Source: Candidatus Campbellbacteria bacterium RIFOXYC2_FULL_35_25
Lineage (GTDB): Bacteria > Patescibacteriota > Minisyncoccia > Phycocordibacterales > UBA12079
Reading direction: 5' to 3'
Length of the DNA stretch: 64,000 bases
NCBI GenBank assembly: GCA_001774495.1
Contig: MFAE01000006.1
Location: 5,356-69,355 of the forward strand
The notes under the pieces are model-generated. The model ran no database searches and was not told the origin of the DNA. It saw nothing but the letters and a program-made list of their open reading frames with translations. The translations under genes and the position numbers were made by a program. Shown here in pieces: positions 30,534 to 39,617 of this stretch (positions are counted from its first letter, which is position 1; each line of letters opens with the position of its first letter).

Positions 30534-31139
30534 ATGATTAAAATTATTATTTTTGACTTTGACGGAGTTATTCTTGACAATTACGAGCTTCACTACTCGT
30601 TTATTCAAAAACAGATAACTAACATAACAAGGGAAGAACATAGGAGGTTGTTTGATGGAAACATTAATGTTGAGCGAGAAAAACTATCTCATAGAAATAC
30701 TGGGTACGATATAAAAAAACATTTTAGTGACGCTAAGCTTGAAACTGTTATTGATTCTGAGGTAAAAGTAATTCTGAAATCTCTATCGGAAAAATACATG
30801 CTAGGGATTATTACCTCCGCAAGAGAATACGGGGTAAAAGGTTGTCTTGAATATAATCGATTAAGTAAATATTTTTCATTTATTTATGGGTATGAAACCG
30901 GCACATTAAAGAAAGATAAATTTAAAAAAGTTTTTGCGGAGCATGCTGTCTCTCCAAATAAATGTATCTTTGTTGCAGATACAGTTGGAGACATATTGGA
31001 AGCTCGTGAAGTGGGAGTTGAAACAATTGCAGTTGATTTTGGATATCACAACAAGGAGCGTCTTAGCAAAGTTAATCCCTTGGCAATAGCTTCTAATTTT
31101 AGCGAAGTATCTCAAATCGTCAGCAAAATAAGGGTATAA
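30534..31139 (+). CDS. HAD-family hydrolase (gene cassette 1)
   Basis: IIFDFDGVI, GIITS, K, FVADTVGDI. Confidence 0.9.
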   Translation: MIKIIIFDFDGVILDNYELHYSFIQKQITNITREEHRRLFDGNINVEREKLSHRNTGYDIKKHFSDAKLETVIDSEVKVILKSLSEKYMLGIITSAREYGVKGCLEYNRLSKYFSFIYGYETGTLKKDKFKKVFAEHAVSPNKCIFVADTVGDILEAREVGVETIAVDFGYHNKERLSKVNPLAIASNFSEVSQIVSKIRV

Positions 31140-31152
31140 AAAAATAAACTAC

Positions 31153-31239
31153 ACATAACAGCGTGTATGAGGCTACGGTTTTTTACAAAAGCCTTCGCCC
31201 AAATTACTTCGTAACTTCTCATACATACAAACGTTAGGC
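31153..31239 (+). mobile_element. Integron attC recombination site
   Basis: R'' ACATAAC, 5-nt spacer, L'' GTATGAG ... L' CTCATAC, spacer, R' GTTAGGC; 87 bp, between two co-oriented genes. Confidence 0.8.
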
Positions 31240-31260
31240 GGAATAAATTAATTTACTATT

Positions 31261-31710
31261 ATGGAAATAACAAAACATTTTACAGCTACTACCTACATCG
31301 TATATGAAAAGATGGTGCTTTTACATTTCCACAAAAAACTTAACCTGTGGTTAGCTATTGGCGGGCACATCGATGACAACGAATTACCAGAGGAAACCGC
31401 ACTACGCGAAATAGTTGAAGAAGCTGGTTTAGTTGCGACTCTATATAATCCAGATAAACAACTCGGGGTTAGTGATATTAAACAATTATTTCGCCCAATG
31501 CACATCTTGCTTGAAGATATTACGGAAACACATAAACATATTGATTTTATTTACTATGCAACATCTCAATCTAATGTTTTGAACCCACAAGAGGGCGAAA
31601 CCGACGACCTTAAGTGGTTTACAGCAGATGAAATTGAAAAACTTGATGCCCCAGAAAATGTAAAAGCAATTTCTTTAACAGCCATTAATCTGCTAGGCAC
31701 CTCAAGTTAA
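31261..31710 (+). CDS. NUDIX hydrolase (gene cassette 2)
   Basis: HFTA, LHFHKKL..W..GGHIDDNELPEETALREIVEEAG Nudix box, HIDFIY. Confidence 0.92.
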   Translation: MEITKHFTATTYIVYEKMVLLHFHKKLNLWLAIGGHIDDNELPEETALREIVEEAGLVATLYNPDKQLGVSDIKQLFRPMHILLEDITETHKHIDFIYYATSQSNVLNPQEGETDDLKWFTADEIEKLDAPENVKAISLTAINLLGTSS

Positions 31711-31775
31711 TTTGCATCTCTCAACACCGGGTATCAGAATATTTTTTTCAAAATATATAGGGTCACTACAAAATA

Positions 31776-32912
31776 TTAAACAAAACACCTCTCCCAATCC
31801 TCTTTGATTAATTGCAAATAATCTTGTTTGTTTTTTATAATTCTACTATCAATATCTTCCATAGCTTTTAGAGTCATTGTTTTCAGCTTTGCTTTGTTAT
31901 TTAAAATTTCTTCTAACTTTTTAATAAAACATTTTTTGTTTCCTACTTTACAAATTTCGACACTCCCTTCTTTTAAGACATCCCCCACCAAACCAACATC
32001 GGTGGTTAAAACAGGACAACCAGAAGCGGCCGCCTCAATAAGCGTCATTCCGTATCCTTCAAAATTTGAAGTATTTAAAAACAAATCAGCAGTTTTATAA
32101 TAAGAAACTAAATTGTCTTGCCACCCAGCAAAGACAATCGAAGCTGATAGCTTATAGCTTAGAGCTGATAGCTCAAGACTTTTTCTTAACGAACCGTCGC
32201 CGACAATCACTAGCCCGACTTTTGGATATTCTTTGATAATTTCTTTCATTACATCCATAGCCAAAGGAATATTTTTCTCCTTTTCCAGGCGTGAAGCCAT
32301 CAGAATAATAAATTCAAATTTAGAATATTTTTTATGTAAGTCTATTTTGGGCTGTGTATTTTTTATCTTTTCTAAATCAACAAAAATAGGTAATATTGAA
32401 ATTTTTTCTGCTTTTTTAATCTGCCACTTACTAATAGAATTTTTAATCCTTTCACTAACAACACGAACTCCATCAGCCTGCATTATTAAAAGAGTCGCCA
32501 ACTGACCCCTGCTTTTATTTAAAACGGACGCCATTTGGAACTTCATACTCAAAAAATCTGCGTGAACCTGCAAGTGTAATTTTGCTTTTTTTGTTTTAGC
32601 GATAAACCAACCAACCAAGCCTGTTTCAAACGGATCTTGAGTTGTCACCAGCCACTTATCTCTATTTAAATTACTTCCGATTATCTTTCTCCCGATTCTG
32701 ATTGCGTCAAAAATATACATAAATTTATTTATAGAATTCGTCGAATAAACTTGAGTCCGATTCCCAATAATCCTTCTTTCGAAACCAGTTTTTTTAGAAA
32801 AGACAATAATATGCAAGTCATCAACTAAATTTCCATATTCAACCATCCTCTGCCTCACCGCAGAATTTTCCTCAAAAATCTTTCTATCTGTTGAAATCAT
32901 TAAAACTTTCAT
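31776..32912 (-). CDS. Glycosyltransferase family 4
   Basis: QDPFETG, ASRLEKEKN, EGYGMTLIEAAASGCPVLTTDVG. Confidence 0.9.
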   Translation of the reverse strand: MKVLMISTDRKIFEENSAVRQRMVEYGNLVDDLHIIVFSKKTGFERRIIGNRTQVYSTNSINKFMYIFDAIRIGRKIIGSNLNRDKWLVTTQDPFETGLVGWFIAKTKKAKLHLQVHADFLSMKFQMASVLNKSRGQLATLLIMQADGVRVVSERIKNSISKWQIKKAEKISILPIFVDLEKIKNTQPKIDLHKKYSKFEFIILMASRLEKEKNIPLAMDVMKEIIKEYPKVGLVIVGDGSLRKSLELSALSYKLSASIVFAGWQDNLVSYYKTADLFLNTSNFEGYGMTLIEAAASGCPVLTTDVGLVGDVLKEGSVEICKVGNKKCFIKKLEEILNNKAKLKTMTLKAMEDIDSRIIKNKQDYLQLIKEDWERCFV

Positions 32913-32921
32913 CTTTTTATT

Positions 32922-34019
32922 TTATATATTTTTTAAAAGCCCTGATATCTCGCCGAGCATTTTTTCTCTATTAAAGTTCTTTACTTCCTCTTGAGCGTTC
33001 ATAGCGAAATCTACTTTCATTTGATTATTCCCCAACAATCTTATTACAGCCTCTTTTAACTCGTCTTTGTCATCGTAAGAAACTAGCAAGCCATCTTTGT
33101 TATTTTCAATTATTTCTGGATTACCTCCAACATCTGTAGTTATAATAGGAGTACCAACCGACATCACTTCTAGCAACTGATGGGACAGCCCTTCATAACC
33201 AGTATTTAAAACAAACAAATCTGATGCTTTTATATACCTCAAGAGTCTATCTTGAGGCAAGCTTCCTAACAAAAAAACTTTTCCTACCAAACCAAAATTA
33301 TTTATTTTTTGTTCCAACTTTTCTTTATCAGGACCATCACCAGCAATAAATAATTTAATATTTGGCAAATCTTTCACGACTTCAATTAAAGTCTCAAAAC
33401 CCTTCCAGGGAACAAACCTTCCTACAGAAAAAATAATGTTTTCAATAAAACCAAATCCCTTTCTCAACGTCTCTTTTGATTCTTCCACCTCTTTAGGAGC
33501 AAAAGCATTGTAAACAACTTTTATTTTTCCTTCTTCTATACCCCACATCATTACAATCTTTTTCAGATAATTACTTGGGACCACAATCGTATCTGCCTTT
33601 TCCCCCACCCACCTTTCAATTTTTCTCCTTAGACTAGAAACCCAATCAACCTTCATATTTTGAAAATCTTCTGGGGTAACAAAACTAACCCCCTGTCCTT
33701 GTTGCTGTTGCTCCCAAGCGTAATCACCCACCATTTTCAAAACAAATTTTTTGCCAAGAATTTTCGCCACTAAAACTGAAGGTAACCCCACTGAAACAGG
33801 ATCCTGAGCATAAATTAAATCTACCTCTTTACCTTTTTTTAAAGTTTTTAAAAAATAAGCAAAATGTCTAATTATTTTAGGTAAATGTCGTACCTCACCA
33901 AAAGACAAAACTTCCACCTCAATTCCTTTTTTAGGCAATTCATCAAAAAGCAACTTGGAATAAGTCGCCGGCCCCCCAAAATCTGGTGGGTAAATCCCTG
34001 TACAGATAAGAATCTTCAT
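32922..34019 (-). CDS. Glycosyltransferase family 4
   Basis: GIYPPDFGGPATY, VGRFVPWKG, EGLSHQLLEVMSVGTPIITTDVGG. Confidence 0.92.
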   Translation of the reverse strand: MKILICTGIYPPDFGGPATYSKLLFDELPKKGIEVEVLSFGEVRHLPKIIRHFAYFLKTLKKGKEVDLIYAQDPVSVGLPSVLVAKILGKKFVLKMVGDYAWEQQQQGQGVSFVTPEDFQNMKVDWVSSLRRKIERWVGEKADTIVVPSNYLKKIVMMWGIEEGKIKVVYNAFAPKEVEESKETLRKGFGFIENIIFSVGRFVPWKGFETLIEVVKDLPNIKLFIAGDGPDKEKLEQKINNFGLVGKVFLLGSLPQDRLLRYIKASDLFVLNTGYEGLSHQLLEVMSVGTPIITTDVGGNPEIIENNKDGLLVSYDDKDELKEAVIRLLGNNQMKVDFAMNAQEEVKNFNREKMLGEISGLLKNI

Positions 34020-34166
34020 TTCTTAAGAATAGCAATTTTAATGGGTAAAATAAAGCATAGGAGCCAATAGGTTTGTTCTCTTCCTATTTATTTTATATAA
34101 TAAAACAAGAAGTTGGAATCTACAAAAATGGTGTTTCCGAGAAAATCAAACTTGGAGGAGGAAACG

Positions 34167-34382
34167 ATGGAAAAATACCCATATAATGGGCATCCCATTG
34201 CTGTAAACACAACTGTCAGGAACCTCCTAAGCAAAAGTGTCGGGAAGGTTCAACCTCATTTCGGGGAATACAACCCTGCGCTTAGGCCTGAAGTCACCCT
34301 TGTCCCAGTTTTATGGGAAGGTGATGGAGCAAGACTCGGAATCTGTTCTGTACAAGTCAACAATCTTGAACAAATGACTTAA
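34167..34382 (+). CDS. Orphan small protein (71 aa)
   Basis: GGAGGAGG SD before ATG 34167, TATAAT upstream, palindromic terminator after the stop. Confidence 0.65.
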   Translation: MEKYPYNGHPIAVNTTVRNLLSKSVGKVQPHFGEYNPALRPEVTLVPVLWEGDGARLGICSVQVNNLEQMT

Positions 34383-34389
34383 CCTAAAA

Positions 34390-34421
34390 AAAGGCAGGAA
34401 CCCCTAGGGGTTCCTGCCTTT
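34390..34421. terminator. 32-bp perfect palindrome, terminator-like
   Basis: AAAGGCAGGAACCCCT|AGGGGTTCCTGCCTTT. Confidence 0.75.
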
Positions 34422-34485
34422 GCTAATTTATACAGACACTAAAATCTCATTTCGCACTCAAGAACATTGTGATAAACTAAGAATT

Positions 34486-35046
34486 ATGAAAATAGTAATT
34501 GCGACACCATTATATCCCCCTGAAATTGCTGAATCAGCTATATACTCAAAAAAAATTTCTGAATTACTTACTAAGGAAGGAAATGAAACAACAGTTATAA
34601 CTTACACAAAAATCCCAGAAGAAATTGTTGGGGTAAAAATAATCTCTATAAATAAACAAATGCCTTTACCAATAAGACTTTTTGTTTATACAAAAAAATT
34701 ATTGAAATTAGCGCAAGAAAACGATATTATCTACGCACAAAATGGAGCTTCTGTTGAGTTACCAGTGGCTATTGTAGTTCTCTTAACCAGTAAACCATTG
34801 GTCATTAATACAATTGATGAAAAAGCGGATGAACAAACCCGCGAAAATACCTTATTAAGATACATCCAAAAATTCGCCTTTAACAAAGCAGATAAAATAA
34901 TATGGGAAAAACCTTTATCAAAACCAGAAATTCTTCCTTTCCAAGAAAATCCTAAAAATGAAACAAGGGAATATGAAATGTCATGGAAAAAACATACCAA
35001 ATCACTTATGGAAATATTCAAAAATGCAAAAAACAAAACAAAATAA
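34486..35046 (+). CDS. Half glycosyltransferase (GT4 N-terminal domain only)
   Basis: MKIVIATPLYPPEIAESAIYSKK..DIIYAQNGASVELP parallels the N-terminus of 32922-34019; no GR..K or EX7E donor motifs. Confidence 0.7.
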   Translation: MKIVIATPLYPPEIAESAIYSKKISELLTKEGNETTVITYTKIPEEIVGVKIISINKQMPLPIRLFVYTKKLLKLAQENDIIYAQNGASVELPVAIVVLLTSKPLVINTIDEKADEQTRENTLLRYIQKFAFNKADKIIWEKPLSKPEILPFQENPKNETREYEMSWKKHTKSLMEIFKNAKNKTK

Positions 35047-36118
35047 TTTTGAAAATGAACTTGAACAGATAACACCAATCATTAACCAGTTGGGGTTTTC
35101 TCTTGATACCTTTCAGCCACATATAAGCGGAGAAAAGAAACTTATGCGAGCAGTAACAACGGCCAGTGGCCAAAAGCTTATCCTTATTGGGCATCAAGAA
35201 AAAGGCAACAAAAAAGTTATTATAAAAATAACAAAGGATAAAAAAGGTGTGCATGAGATTGAGAAAGAGAGAATTTGCCGTGACGCTTTAAAAAACATTA
35301 TTTTTGCTTACAAAATATTTTTTTCACCAAAAGAAATTCTTTTCACAAAAATAGAAGGCTATACAATATCTATTCAAGAATATATAAATCAAGAGAGTAC
35401 TTTTTTAGAAAGACCTATCGAAAAACAGTTTTCTCTTGCATTAAAAGTTTTCAAGGCACAAGAAGGAGCCCACGCAACTACGTATAGACACAAAAAAATA
35501 ATTTCAAAAACATTTGGGTATGTAGATTCAGATTGGTATATAAAATCTTACCAAGAATTTAAAAACAATATTGGGGAAGCGTCGCCAGAAAATAAAAAGC
35601 TACAAGAAACCCTCCAAGACGGAGAAATGTCTTTGATAAAAAATAAGGAAATAATAGAACAATACTGTGGCTTTCTAACACACACAGATTTCGTTCCCCA
35701 TAATTTTAGAGTAGTTAATAACGATATATACCTACTAGATCACTCATCAATTAGATTCGGGAATAAGTACGAAGGATGGGCTCGTTTTCTTAATTTTATG
35801 ACATTACACAATCGCCCGCTAGAAGAAGCTCTACTTTTTTATATAAAAAATAACCGTACAAAAGAAGAACAAATATCATTAAAATTGATGCGTATCTATC
35901 GTCTTGGAGAAATAATCTGGTATTACACAAATCTTTTACAAAAAACATCGGGTGATTTACAAACCCTCACTAATGAAAGAATAAAATTTTGGGGAGCTGT
36001 TTTAGAATCAATTCTAAAAGACCAAACTATTTCTGAAGAGGCTGTAAATAAATACAAAGAATTGAGAGACTCTCTCCGTAGTGACGAAGAAAAACAAAGA
36101 CAAAAAAATTTACACTAA
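35024..36118 (+). CDS. Aminoglycoside/choline phosphotransferase-like kinase
   Basis: VIIKI..E, LTHTDFVPHNF catalytic loop, IYLLD metal motif; start moved to ATG 35024. Confidence 0.7.
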   Translation: MQKTKQNNFENELEQITPIINQLGFSLDTFQPHISGEKKLMRAVTTASGQKLILIGHQEKGNKKVIIKITKDKKGVHEIEKERICRDALKNIIFAYKIFFSPKEILFTKIEGYTISIQEYINQESTFLERPIEKQFSLALKVFKAQEGAHATTYRHKKIISKTFGYVDSDWYIKSYQEFKNNIGEASPENKKLQETLQDGEMSLIKNKEIIEQYCGFLTHTDFVPHNFRVVNNDIYLLDHSSIRFGNKYEGWARFLNFMTLHNRPLEEALLFYIKNNRTKEEQISLKLMRIYRLGEIIWYYTNLLQKTSGDLQTLTNERIKFWGAVLESILKDQTISEEAVNKYKELRDSLRSDEEKQRQKNLH

Positions 36119-36660
36119 TCTAAATTATTCATTTGCCCAACCAATTTTTCATACTCATCGACGAGTGGATGCTTCCATGTTTCCTTAAAAACTTTAAGCA
36201 TTTCGTTTTGAAACCAAAGGGTCTTATCTCTACCACGGTTAAAATTATCCCAAGTTTTTTTACCCTGCAAAGAATATGCATTTAATAAACTTTTTGCATT
36301 ATGAATCTTGTCTGATATTGAAACAGCTTTTACATTCTCTGAAGAAATTCTTATTGAATGAATATATGCCTCTTTTCTTTCTTCCCACTCGAGTGATTTA
36401 TCTTCCGAAACAACTTTTATAATTTCAATGGTTTCATTACCTAATTCTTTTACTAATTCGTGTTCAGAAAAATCAGAATCTTCCAAAACATCATGGCACA
36501 ATGCGGCCGCTACAACAAAATCAGAAAAATTATATTTTACTAACTCCAAAGCAACTATAAATGGATGAACAATGTAGGGAGAATTATCACTTTTACGAAC
36601 CTGTTCTTTGTGAACATTAACGGCTATTCTTGTTGCTTTTTCAATCAAACTTAATTCCAT
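36115..36660 (-). CDS. HD-domain small alarmone hydrolase-like protein (Mesh1/SpoT-HD)
   Basis: H..QVRK..PYIVHP, AALCHDVLED, SDKIHNA. Confidence 0.85.
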   Translation of the reverse strand: MELSLIEKATRIAVNVHKEQVRKSDNSPYIVHPFIVALELVKYNFSDFVVAAALCHDVLEDSDFSEHELVKELGNETIEIIKVVSEDKSLEWEERKEAYIHSIRISSENVKAVSISDKIHNAKSLLNAYSLQGKKTWDNFNRGRDKTLWFQNEMLKVFKETWKHPLVDEYEKLVGQMNNLD

Positions 36661-36669
36661 AATATTATT

Positions 36670-37848
36670 TTAAATAAATCTACCAAAAACTTTTTCTCGC
36701 ATTTCTTTGGCAATTACATCCCAATTAAACTTCACAAAAACCATATCCCTCGCCCTCTCTACTATCTCTTTTGTTTTTCCCGGATTTGCGAGCACATCTT
36801 TGACCGCCTCAGCAATTTGCTCAGAATTATCTTTATCTACCACCCAGCCAGTTGGTTCTTTATCAGGGTTATGTTTTTTATCAAACAAAAATTCTGCGAT
36901 TCCACCTTCTCGAGTTGAAATGACAGGAAGCCTTGCCGCCATTGCTGATAAAAATGAATTACCTAGCCCTTCTGAACGAGAGGGTCCTACAAAAATATCT
37001 GCAATGGTTGTGTTTCTATATTTAGGGACATCTTCTCTATCAAGTTTTCCTATAAATTTAACTCTGTTACCCAATTTCTTTTCTTCCACTAAATCTTTAA
37101 GCATCTTTTCGTCAGGACCTCCCCCAATCAATACAAAATGAACATTGTCGGGTAAAAGAAGCAAGGCACGAATTACATCGTCATGACCTTTTTGATATAC
37201 CAGACGAGCTGCATTCATTAAATATATATCACCAGGGTTTTTACCCAACTGTTTTTTAATTTCTTCAACTTCTTCTTGCAAATAGTCAGGGTTCATGTTT
37301 TTAGGGTTAGCCCCATTAAAAATCTTTACTATATCGCCCTTATACCCACGACGAGCGGGCCATTCACCTAAATAACTTGAAATTACTTGAATAACAGAAG
37401 CCTTTCGAAAACCATAATCTAGAAGAGGTGTAAAAGGTCTAATAAACCATCTTTCAAAAACCTTTTCATAAGGGTCCCCGTCTTGAAGAGTTAGAATATG
37501 AGGAATAGAAACACCCCAAAAATGTAACAAAACAACAGGCCATAACATATAGGTCATCATTGCCCAGATAGCATCAAATTTATATTGTTTGTGTAACTTT
37601 TTTGCCTTCAAAGCTGCTAAAGCAGGGAATAGAATTTTTGAAAGATAGACGGAGCCAAAACCAACTCTGTGTATATTAACGTTACCAATCTTTTCATTTT
37701 TTGGAAGAGATTTATCTGATAAGAGAGTCACCATATGAAACTCAATATCGCTTGAATCAATACGATCGGTTATCTCTTTTATTGCTCCTTCGGCACCGCT
37801 AACATTATTAGGATAATACGCAAGGGAAAATATGAGTATTTTTTTCAT
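36670..37848 (-). CDS. Glycosyltransferase family 4
   Basis: SGAE, AARLVYQKG, SEGLGNSFLSAMAARLPVI; start moved to ATG 37848. Confidence 0.9.
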   Translation of the reverse strand: MKKILIFSLAYYPNNVSGAEGAIKEITDRIDSSDIEFHMVTLLSDKSLPKNEKIGNVNIHRVGFGSVYLSKILFPALAALKAKKLHKQYKFDAIWAMMTYMLWPVVLLHFWGVSIPHILTLQDGDPYEKVFERWFIRPFTPLLDYGFRKASVIQVISSYLGEWPARRGYKGDIVKIFNGANPKNMNPDYLQEEVEEIKKQLGKNPGDIYLMNAARLVYQKGHDDVIRALLLLPDNVHFVLIGGGPDEKMLKDLVEEKKLGNRVKFIGKLDREDVPKYRNTTIADIFVGPSRSEGLGNSFLSAMAARLPVISTREGGIAEFLFDKKHNPDKEPTGWVVDKDNSEQIAEAVKDVLANPGKTKEIVERARDMVFVKFNWDVIAKEMREKVFGRFI

Positions 37849-37896
37849 AACTCTAATTATCACAAAAAACGAGTTATAATACAATAATAAAATTAA

Positions 37897-37927
37897 AAAA
37901 GGGTAGCTCTCAACGAGCTACCCTTTT
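37897..37927 (-). terminator. Intrinsic terminator
   Basis: AAAAGGGTAGCTC-TCAAC-GAGCTACCCTTTT. Confidence 0.75.
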
Positions 37928-37948
37928 GCGAAATCAACAAGAGAATGC

Positions 37949-38521
37949 TTATTTCACAGGCTCCCAATCAAAAATTGTAGCGAAACCCGTCTCTTCCTCA
38001 TATACCAACGTTTGGCAAAGAGGAATATCAACCTTCAACTGAACGGAAAAGACATGGAAGCTATACTCCGTCACCAAATCTGGATAAGTTGGGCTTTTTT
38101 TTACCCGACAAAAACCTTTTCCTTGGCTCAAAGTATCTGCTCCCCCACACATAAGTGCGACAGGAAATTCTTCTTTGAGGGCTCTCAGTGCTGCAACCTT
38201 AGGGTCCTCATCAGTCTTGACCATCTCGCCAATGGAAGCATCGAGTTTCCTCTCGCGGATTCTTCCATCCTTAAGAATCTGCATTTTTTCAACAAGAACC
38301 ATAGACTGATCCTTACTAAAAACAAACATTGCCACAACAGTGACGCAACGTTTAAGGAATCCTTTTTCCTCAATAAGATAGAAATCACCGCGGTTGATAC
38401 ACCGGCACATTTCCTCCAATGTGTTTGCCTCTCCCTGCCCATAAAGAGGAACCGGGAGGAGGCATGTGTTAAGTAATTCCTTTAGCCCCTTTTCTGTAAT
38501 CTGGGTGATCTGCTCTTTCAA
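37949..38521 (-). CDS. Divergent NUDIX-like protein
   Basis: Degenerate Nudix box GEMVKTDEDPKVAALRALKEE; TTG start with GGAGGGG SD; TTGCTT...TATAAT promoter. Confidence 0.65.
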   Translation of the reverse strand: MKEQITQITEKGLKELLNTCLLPVPLYGQGEANTLEEMCRCINRGDFYLIEEKGFLKRCVTVVAMFVFSKDQSMVLVEKMQILKDGRIRERKLDASIGEMVKTDEDPKVAALRALKEEFPVALMCGGADTLSQGKGFCRVKKSPTYPDLVTEYSFHVFSVQLKVDIPLCQTLVYEEETGFATIFDWEPVK

Positions 38522-38655
38522 AATATCCCCTCCATTTTATTTGATATCGATCTTCTTTTTTATCTAAAAACAATCTTAATTCTGCTAAGAATTATACAAT
38601 ACATAAATAAAAAAGCAAGACCTACAGTTTTGCCGGTCTTGCTCTTTTATTGTAA

Positions 38656-39537
38656 TTATTTGTTTTCTTTCTTAACTTCTTCTATATAATCTTTTAGGTT
38701 TCTTTTTTGTTCCCAACCAAGATCTTCTATTTTTGTAGTATCGACGACAGAATGCGGGCGGGTGGTTTTTGTTGCTTCTAACATTTCTATTTCTCCACCA
38801 AACATATTAGCCACATCTGTAAGAGAAAATTCTTCTTTGGCACTGATTCCAAAACCGTCCCCTTCTCCTTTTTCTCCAACTAAAATAATCCCATCTACAG
38901 TATCGTCTACATTGGTAAATGTTCTTGTTTGAGTTCCGGGAGCACGAACCTTGTAAGAAACCTTGTCTAAATAATTTTTTTTAAAAATTTCAATTACTGT
39001 CCCATACTCATCACTTCTTTCCCTGGGACCATAAACATTATAAAAATAAGTGATTGCGCAAGAAAGACCAAACCACCTTCCGTAATTCATTACCAATTCA
39101 CTATTAATGGCTTTCATCCAAGTATAGGGGGCAAGGTCACGCCCAACGACACCATCGCCTCTATCACCAACCGATTTGGTTGAAGACCCGGCATAAACAA
39201 GTTTGCATTTCTTTTTTCTCCAAAATTCTAAAACTCCAAAAGTTCCAGCAATATTCAAATCCCAAACAATTTCAGGTTCATTTAAGCTAGCTGCGACACG
39301 GGAATATTCTCCTAAATGATAAATTATATCAGGGGTTTCTGTAATATGTTTTTCTATATCTTTGGTGTGCCCTTCTCGATATTCTACTCCTTCAACATGA
39401 TTATCTTTTGACCCAGTAAAATAATTATCAAGGGAAATGACTTTATGGCCTTCTCTCACAAGTCTTTCACAAAGATGAGAACCAATGAAACCAGCTCCTC
39501 CTGTAACTAATATTAATTTTTGTTTATCATTTTCCAT
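38656..39537 (-). CDS. NAD-dependent epimerase/dehydratase
   Basis: VTGGAGFIGSHL, GSST, PYTWMK (YxxxK), YNVYGP. Confidence 0.93.
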   Translation of the reverse strand: MENDKQKLILVTGGAGFIGSHLCERLVREGHKVISLDNYFTGSKDNHVEGVEYREGHTKDIEKHITETPDIIYHLGEYSRVAASLNEPEIVWDLNIAGTFGVLEFWRKKKCKLVYAGSSTKSVGDRGDGVVGRDLAPYTWMKAINSELVMNYGRWFGLSCAITYFYNVYGPRERSDEYGTVIEIFKKNYLDKVSYKVRAPGTQTRTFTNVDDTVDGIILVGEKGEGDGFGISAKEEFSLTDVANMFGGEIEMLEATKTTRPHSVVDTTKIEDLGWEQKRNLKDYIEEVKKENK

Positions 39538-39617
39538 ATAAATTAAGTAAAAAGTTTGTAATGTTATAAAGTTCGCAAAGTCTTTTTAATGAACCTTAGA
39601 AACTTTCTAACTACTTT

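Noticed and set aside
37865-37877. AAAAACGAGTTAT, identical to the attI-like core at 30504-30516
   Set aside because: No plus-strand cassette or attC follows, and an AT-rich 13-mer match noticed after the fact may be chance.
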